This document shows positions 58,961 to 64,000 of a stretch of DNA of 64,000 nt, one piece after another (positions within the stretch are counted from its first letter, which is position 1; each line of letters starts with the position of its first letter). The stretch lies in contig JAHDYR010000007.1 of NCBI GenBank assembly GCA_019828565.1, positions 256,273-320,272 of the forward strand, in the 5' to 3' direction. This DNA is from Carpediemonas membranifera BICM. Its lineage: Eukaryota > Protista > Fornicata. A program made the position numbers and the translations under genes. Under the pieces are notes generated by a model. That model was not told the DNA's origin. It did not search any database and saw nothing but the letters and a program-made list of their open reading frames with translations.

Positions 58961-61289
58961 CCCGGCCCATGGCTTGTTGGGGGAACTTTGTGTTTGTGGC
59001 CGAAATTGGTCTCGAAAAAGTCGGAGGGGGAAAGTCGGCATGAATCCCCCGGGGAGCCCTCCCTGCCCGCCTCGCCTGTAGGCGCTGCTGCCGGCGCTCG
59101 TAGGCTGGGAAACCCGGGGTCAGGGAGTAATCGGCCTTGGAGGTGAACATCACGAAGGCCGGCCCGCATCGGGGCAGTGGCCGGCGCTGTTGGTCCTCGC
59201 GGTGGATTTTCCAGGCCGCCTGGCTTACCCACCATGGCCTTCCGGTTATCAGGGCGTAGTGGTATAGCAGGATGTCATTTTCTAGCATTTGGGTAGCCGT
59301 TATTTCCCTTTCTCGGCTGGGATTCTGCCACCACTGTAGCTGGTGATCCACTCCTGGGGGGAAGGGATCCTTTATCTTGCTATACCCTTTTAGGTCGCCG
59401 TACATCCGGATCAAGTCGGCGATTTTTCTCGGTTCTCGTGCGCTCCTTGCGTAGAGGAGGCCCTATGGGATGCTCGGGGAGGAGATCTTCTGCTCGGGCA
59501 ACGTACCCGCCCCTGTGGGTTCCTGGGAAACGCGTCCACGTGCCGGCCGGTGGCTCGGATGAGGAGTGTGCATTTTAGTGCTCCATCACCTGATCACACC
59601 ATAGCCTTGTGGCGTTGCACGTTGGCCTTTCCGAGCAGGGGCGGGGAGGTGTGGCCTATTGCCTGAGATGCGGGGTCGGTTGCGAACCTTGTAGCCATAA
59701 TATGAGTTCACCACATTTGGTTCCTGTTACACCCATTAGCCCGCCTGGCGACTACCACCAAGGCCCAGGCATTGCCGCAGCTAAGGTTCAGCCTTCTAAG
59801 GTACCTGATTCCCCTCTTGGCCCCTCATGCCGATCACCTCCAAGGCCCAGGCATTGCCGCGGCGGAGCCCCAGACCCCTAGAGAGGGCTGGGGGTCGGAT
59901 TCTTCCACCACATCGTCCTCTGTGGAGGAGCTGCCCCCCGGGTCATTGGCATTGCCTTCCTCCCGCAGCGCCCGCGCCTCTGCTCCCAACCTGGTGGGAT
60001 GGGGCCTCAGGAGTCCTCAACGCCGACTCTTCCGCTCCTTCCAGGGGAAAGCCGTCCCCCGCCGCCTCCAGCTGGCCCGGTCCCCTGCTTCCCCCGGTCC
60101 TCACAACGGCGAGGGCGCTGCCCCGTTTGTCACGCCATTGGCTTCCTCCCCAGCTGGGGCTCGCACCGTTCGTCAGCCTGTGGCTCCACTTGCGTCAGCC
60201 CTCGACGCTCTCAGCACTTTGGATCGCATCGCCATGGACTGGCACTCGTGTGCCTATGCCTTCGTGGACATGCTCCATGAGGGGGACCGACGAGGATCAG
60301 CCTGTCGAGAACCTACAGGCCATTTTTGGCATTCCAGCGCACTTCTCAGTCCCAGATGGTTATGTATCGCAGCAGCAGGGGGCGCTCTTGAGCGGGCCCT
60401 TAGGCAGTATGTCCCTTCGGTTTCCCATTTCCTTGCCGACGGAAGCCCCTCAGTGGAGTTCCTGGGCGCCGGGACTCCTCAGTAAACACCCAGGGTTGAA
60501 TGGGGGGTTGAGACCATGTTGCTGCTGTTCCTTGCGGTATCTGCCTACCACTCGGGTTGCTGGGCCCCGGCATTCTCCCCTTCTCCCAGCGGGGGAGCGC
60601 GGCCACAGGGCGCCATTTGGGTTTCCCTCCAGTTGCGCGTCATTCCTACTAAATTCATGAGTTCATACCTTGGTTTCGGCTTGGTTGCAGTGGTGAGGGC
60701 CCTTGGCATGTTGCTGGGGGCTCCTCTGGACGTTCTTTGCCCTGTGGGTTGAGGAACGTCCGGGCGGTAAGCTTCCCTTGGTCTTTTGGATGGTAATATC
60801 CCATCAGACCGCTCACCGGGGGCTCCATGCCCATACGGGTTTCGTTGCCCCAGAGGGTGCACTTTAGGGAGCACAGAGAACCAACCCAAGCACAGCGCCC
60901 GTCCGCTAGCGGGTTATACAAGGCAGGCAGGGTGGTTTCAGGGCGACGGCTCGTGCCTCCGGCGCTCGCATCTTCCAGTTTTCTGCCACCGGCCCGTTTC
61001 GCTTCCGTTTGACTTGGTCTCAGGCGATCTCATCGAGGAGGCTAGAGAGAGGCCTCGTGCGCCCTATGGGTAGAAGTGGTAAAGAGTTATGCTGTTCCTG
61101 CTGGTATTCCCCGAGCAGGAGAACTCCCGATGCTGAATTGACCAAAATGTGGCATTCCGCGCTATAGGTCACCACCGCTCTGTTTTGAGCTCTATAAACC
61201 TCGAAAGAATCGCCAATGGCTATCATTCCTCGGCGCTTGGCTTTGTTCCGGTTGGTGATTCCAACTTTCCATACCGGACATTTTAACTG

Positions 61290-62131
61290 GGCAGAGGCCC
61301 CTGTGTCATAAAGGAACACCAACACTCTCCCCAGGATGCCCACCTCGCCAATGGGTCTGTTGTCGCGGTCCTCCGCGACCAAAGCATTAAGATGAACGTA
61401 CTTCTGCCCCTTTACTCCCTCACGCTCGTCACGCTTACGCTTCCAACACGTATCAGCAGTGTGACCCTTGCGCTGGCAGTACTCACAAGCAGTTTCCGAC
61501 TTCTCCTTAGCCTTAGTCATCGTTGCGGAGGTCGCACTCTCTCGCTCCACACGCTGGTGCTCTCTGCGAGCCTTCTCTGCTTCCGTGGCCTGGATGAATG
61601 CCTCGGCGATCGTCTCGTCAAGCGTCTTCGCCTTCTTAGCATTCACTCGCTCCTTCAAGCGACCGTACCTGATGCCAGCAACAAAGGCATCGACGATGAG
61701 CTTCTCCGTGGGCCGAACCTTACAACAGTTACGAACTTGACGCTTATACGCCAGGGCATACGCGGCCAGTTGTTGTCAATGAGGTTACCCTCAGAGCCGC
61801 ACGACAAGTCCTTAAAGCGATCTAAAGCGTCCACCTCATCCAGAGGCTGCATCAGCTCGTCTACCATGGTGATAAAGGCCTCGTTGAGTTCAGAGGTATC
61901 GGCCGGCTCTTCATCCGGCGTTTCATTAGCGTACTCCAGGAACCCCTCAAGTTCAGGGATTCGGATCTTAAGAACCTCTAGGACCTGCGTTTCGATTAGG
62001 TCAAAGGCAACGATCGGATCGGCTTCACGGGCAGCATACTGCTCGTAGTCTTGACGGAAAGTATACCACGACTTGGTGGTGGCCTTTCGCAGGAACGGGG
62101 CGTTGTTGAGTTTTGTTTCAGGTAAATGCAT
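61290..62131 (-). pseudogene. Element G gag and protease start
   Basis: ATG at 62131. CEYCQRKGHTADTC knuckle. FLYDTGASA. Confidence 0.85.
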
Positions 62132-63108
62132 GCAGTAATTACTGTGGTACCCAAACAATTGAGAGAGTGAAATTTAGAAGCAGGTTTGAGATCATTGACC
62201 AAATAAGACTGATCATTAAATGAGGTCGTCATGACAATTCTCCTACTCTGAGGGAGCGGTTGAGGATGGCCAGGGACTTAGCGGCGTTGGGAAGGAAATG
62301 TGCGATGTAATTGATCTTGCCCATGATAGACTTAAGCTCCGAGGCGTCCCTGGGCGGCCTTAGGTTGACGATAGCCTGGATGCGCTCTGGGTCTACGTGT
62401 ATACACTCACGGTTCACGATGAACCCGACTGAACGGACCTCGGAGGCGCCTATCACGCACTTGGCCGGCGAGAGCTTGAGGTTTTGTTTACGAAGCGATG
62501 AGAAGATCAGCCGTAGGTCACTTCTTATGGGTTGCGTCGACGGTGCAGAGGACCTTGTCGAGTCTCTCTTTCAGGGATAGGAGGTCGCGAGGGGCGATCA
62601 GATGTTCGACCAGACGTCCGACAGCAGCGTCATCAAGGGAGTCTAGGTCGGCATCGAACTGAAGCTCTAGGGCGTTGTACAGGTCGTCGTCCAGGAAGAG
62701 ACTTATCTTAGCTTCTGGATAATACACCTGGAACTTGTGGAATGCTCGCTTGGCGGCCCGCCAGGAATCGGCAGAAAGACCGGCCAAGGGAATATTAGGC
62801 TGCTCTATGGGAGTGGGCAGTACCATTGGCGAGTAATATTACTGTGCGAGTCTTCTAGAGACGGATGGGTTTATACAACAAAGAAGGGACGACACCCAAT
62901 GTGTCGACCCGCGGCGTATCGCATCGCCAATCAAATTAATAAATTGAGTGGCGAACCGTCACACTGCTTCCAGACGTCTGGTCCTGGTCCTCATCTTCCC
63001 TGCTTCTCTTGCCATCTGCTAGGTCTGCTAGGCCGTTCTCGTTGCTCCGGCCGCCGTCCTTCCGCTTGAAGCCTTTGGAAGTCGTGCTGCCCCTGTTACT
63101 ACCCCTGC

Positions 63109-64000
63109 AAAGAAAGAAAGAAAGAAAAAAATTTACCGTGACCTATCAGTATCCAGCGTACCCAGAACTTCCTGTGTAAACTGAACCTCACAGTTTGTGC
63201 CACCCCCCAGGAGAACGCCTCAGCGTGTTGGCTGACACTTCCTAAGAGGGCGTTAACCAGAGTCGTCAAGGCCCGACTGGTACGTCGGGAGCTCCTATAC
63301 ATGGCCCTACCATACCCCCAAAGTTAGGCTAACCCAGGTCTTACTCTTGGGGGCCCTTGGACCCACGGTCTGCCTGGCACCTACAAGGCCTTGCCCTGCA
63401 CGCTGCCACCCGGGTCCTTCCGAGCGTTTCCCCTCTCCCTTGAGTCCCCTCTGGTCAACCCTGCCGCTCTCACGGCCCACTTACCATGTTTCAGGCACCC
63501 GCCGGGGCGGGTGCGGGCCTGGCGTCTACCGTACCAACGTGGGCCAGTTGTGAAACCCACCATGCTCCGCCGCTAGGGTTATGGGGCATGGCTGTCTTCG
63601 GGCTCTTCCAGCACTTTCCGAGATTGCGAACAGGCTCTTCCTTCCCTGGGGATGGTTCAAGGGCGGTTTCCACGCCTTCCAATTTCCCTGGCTCATACGC
63701 CGGGCCGAGTCGGCATAGCCCCGTTTCTTCCGGGTGCCGGACAGAGCGGGTATTGCGAGTCGCTTCCCCAGTCTCTCTGCCCAGCTGCCATGCGTCACCT
63801 CCCGTGCTCACCCTGCTTACAGGTGGGGGTGCCCTGAGGTGTCCCCTGTGTGCGCGGGAGGGGTGTGGTCAGGCCAGCCTGACCACCTGCGCCCTACTAG
63901 TCTGATTTCTCAGACATCTCTCGCTTGTCCATAGTTGCCCTACTTACTCGACCTGTCTATGCTCGCTGCGTAGTGCTACCGGAACACTCAGGGATGTATC
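63109..64000 (-). mobile_element. LINE-3 3' end (same family as LINE-2), runs off the window
   Basis: TAAATTTTTTT(CTTT)n tail. The 3' UTR shares long blocks with 50030-50780, e.g. CCCCAAAGTTAGGCTAACCCAGGTCTTACTCTT. Confidence 0.9.

Larger units (their letters stand above)
49966..61289 (-). mobile_element. Full-length non-LTR retrotransposon LINE-2 (~11.3 kb)
   Basis: 15-bp TSD GGCAGAGGCCCCTGT at 49951-49965 and 61290-61304. Tail TAAATT(CTTT)n. ORF1 and ORF2 are homologous to LINE-1. Confidence 0.93.
46547..62236 (-). mobile_element. Ty3/Gypsy element G, split by LINE-2
   Basis: LTRs at 46547-46639 and 62143-62236. 5-bp TSD ATTCT (46542-46546, 62237-62241) rejoins F as RVGEF|SFGDLQ. PPT at 46640-46648. 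Confidence 0.95.
41300..62963 (-). mobile_element. Ty3/Gypsy element F, internally deleted, hosting G, H and LINE-2
   Basis: Near-identical LTRs at 41300-41417 and 62843-62963. PPT at 41418-41427. TSD TTGC/CTGC (1 mismatch). gag 62826-62518, RT 62517-62237, RNase H 46546-46196, IN-chromo 42270-41635. Confidence 0.85.

Noticed and set aside
373-63934. Numerous short antisense ORFs overlapping pol and ORF2
   Set aside because: Shadow ORFs of GC-rich coding sequence, with no motifs or cross-copy conservation, unlike the three accessory genes.

Overview
This window is eukaryotic and consists almost entirely of nested retroelements; no host gene, rRNA, tRNA or CRISPR was recognised. The standard code and a 34-nt GT-AG intron suggest a compact protist-type genome. 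I resolve nine Ty3/Gypsy chromovirus-type LTR elements (labelled A-I) with short LTRs (82-195 bp), two full-length APE-RT non-LTR elements (LINE-1, LINE-2) with 14/15-bp TSDs and (TTTC)n tails, further LINE remnants, DIRS-like tyrosine-recombinase and RT scraps, and DNA-transposase scraps. Insertion order can be reconstructed from TSDs that rejoin split reading frames. Three observations stand out. (1) All six visible 5' LTRs are followed not by a tRNA primer-binding site but by a perfect 12-bp palindrome whose sequence differs between families, suggesting tRNA-independent, dimer-based priming. (2) Elements A, B and C carry an antisense accessory gene between pol and the 3' LTR; it encodes a second, free-standing chromodomain-like protein and has a conserved 34-nt intron in B and C. 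(3) The LINEs carry a covarying four-hairpin RNA between ORF1 and ORF2. Many frameshifts fall in homopolymers and may be sequencing errors. All coordinates were counted by hand.
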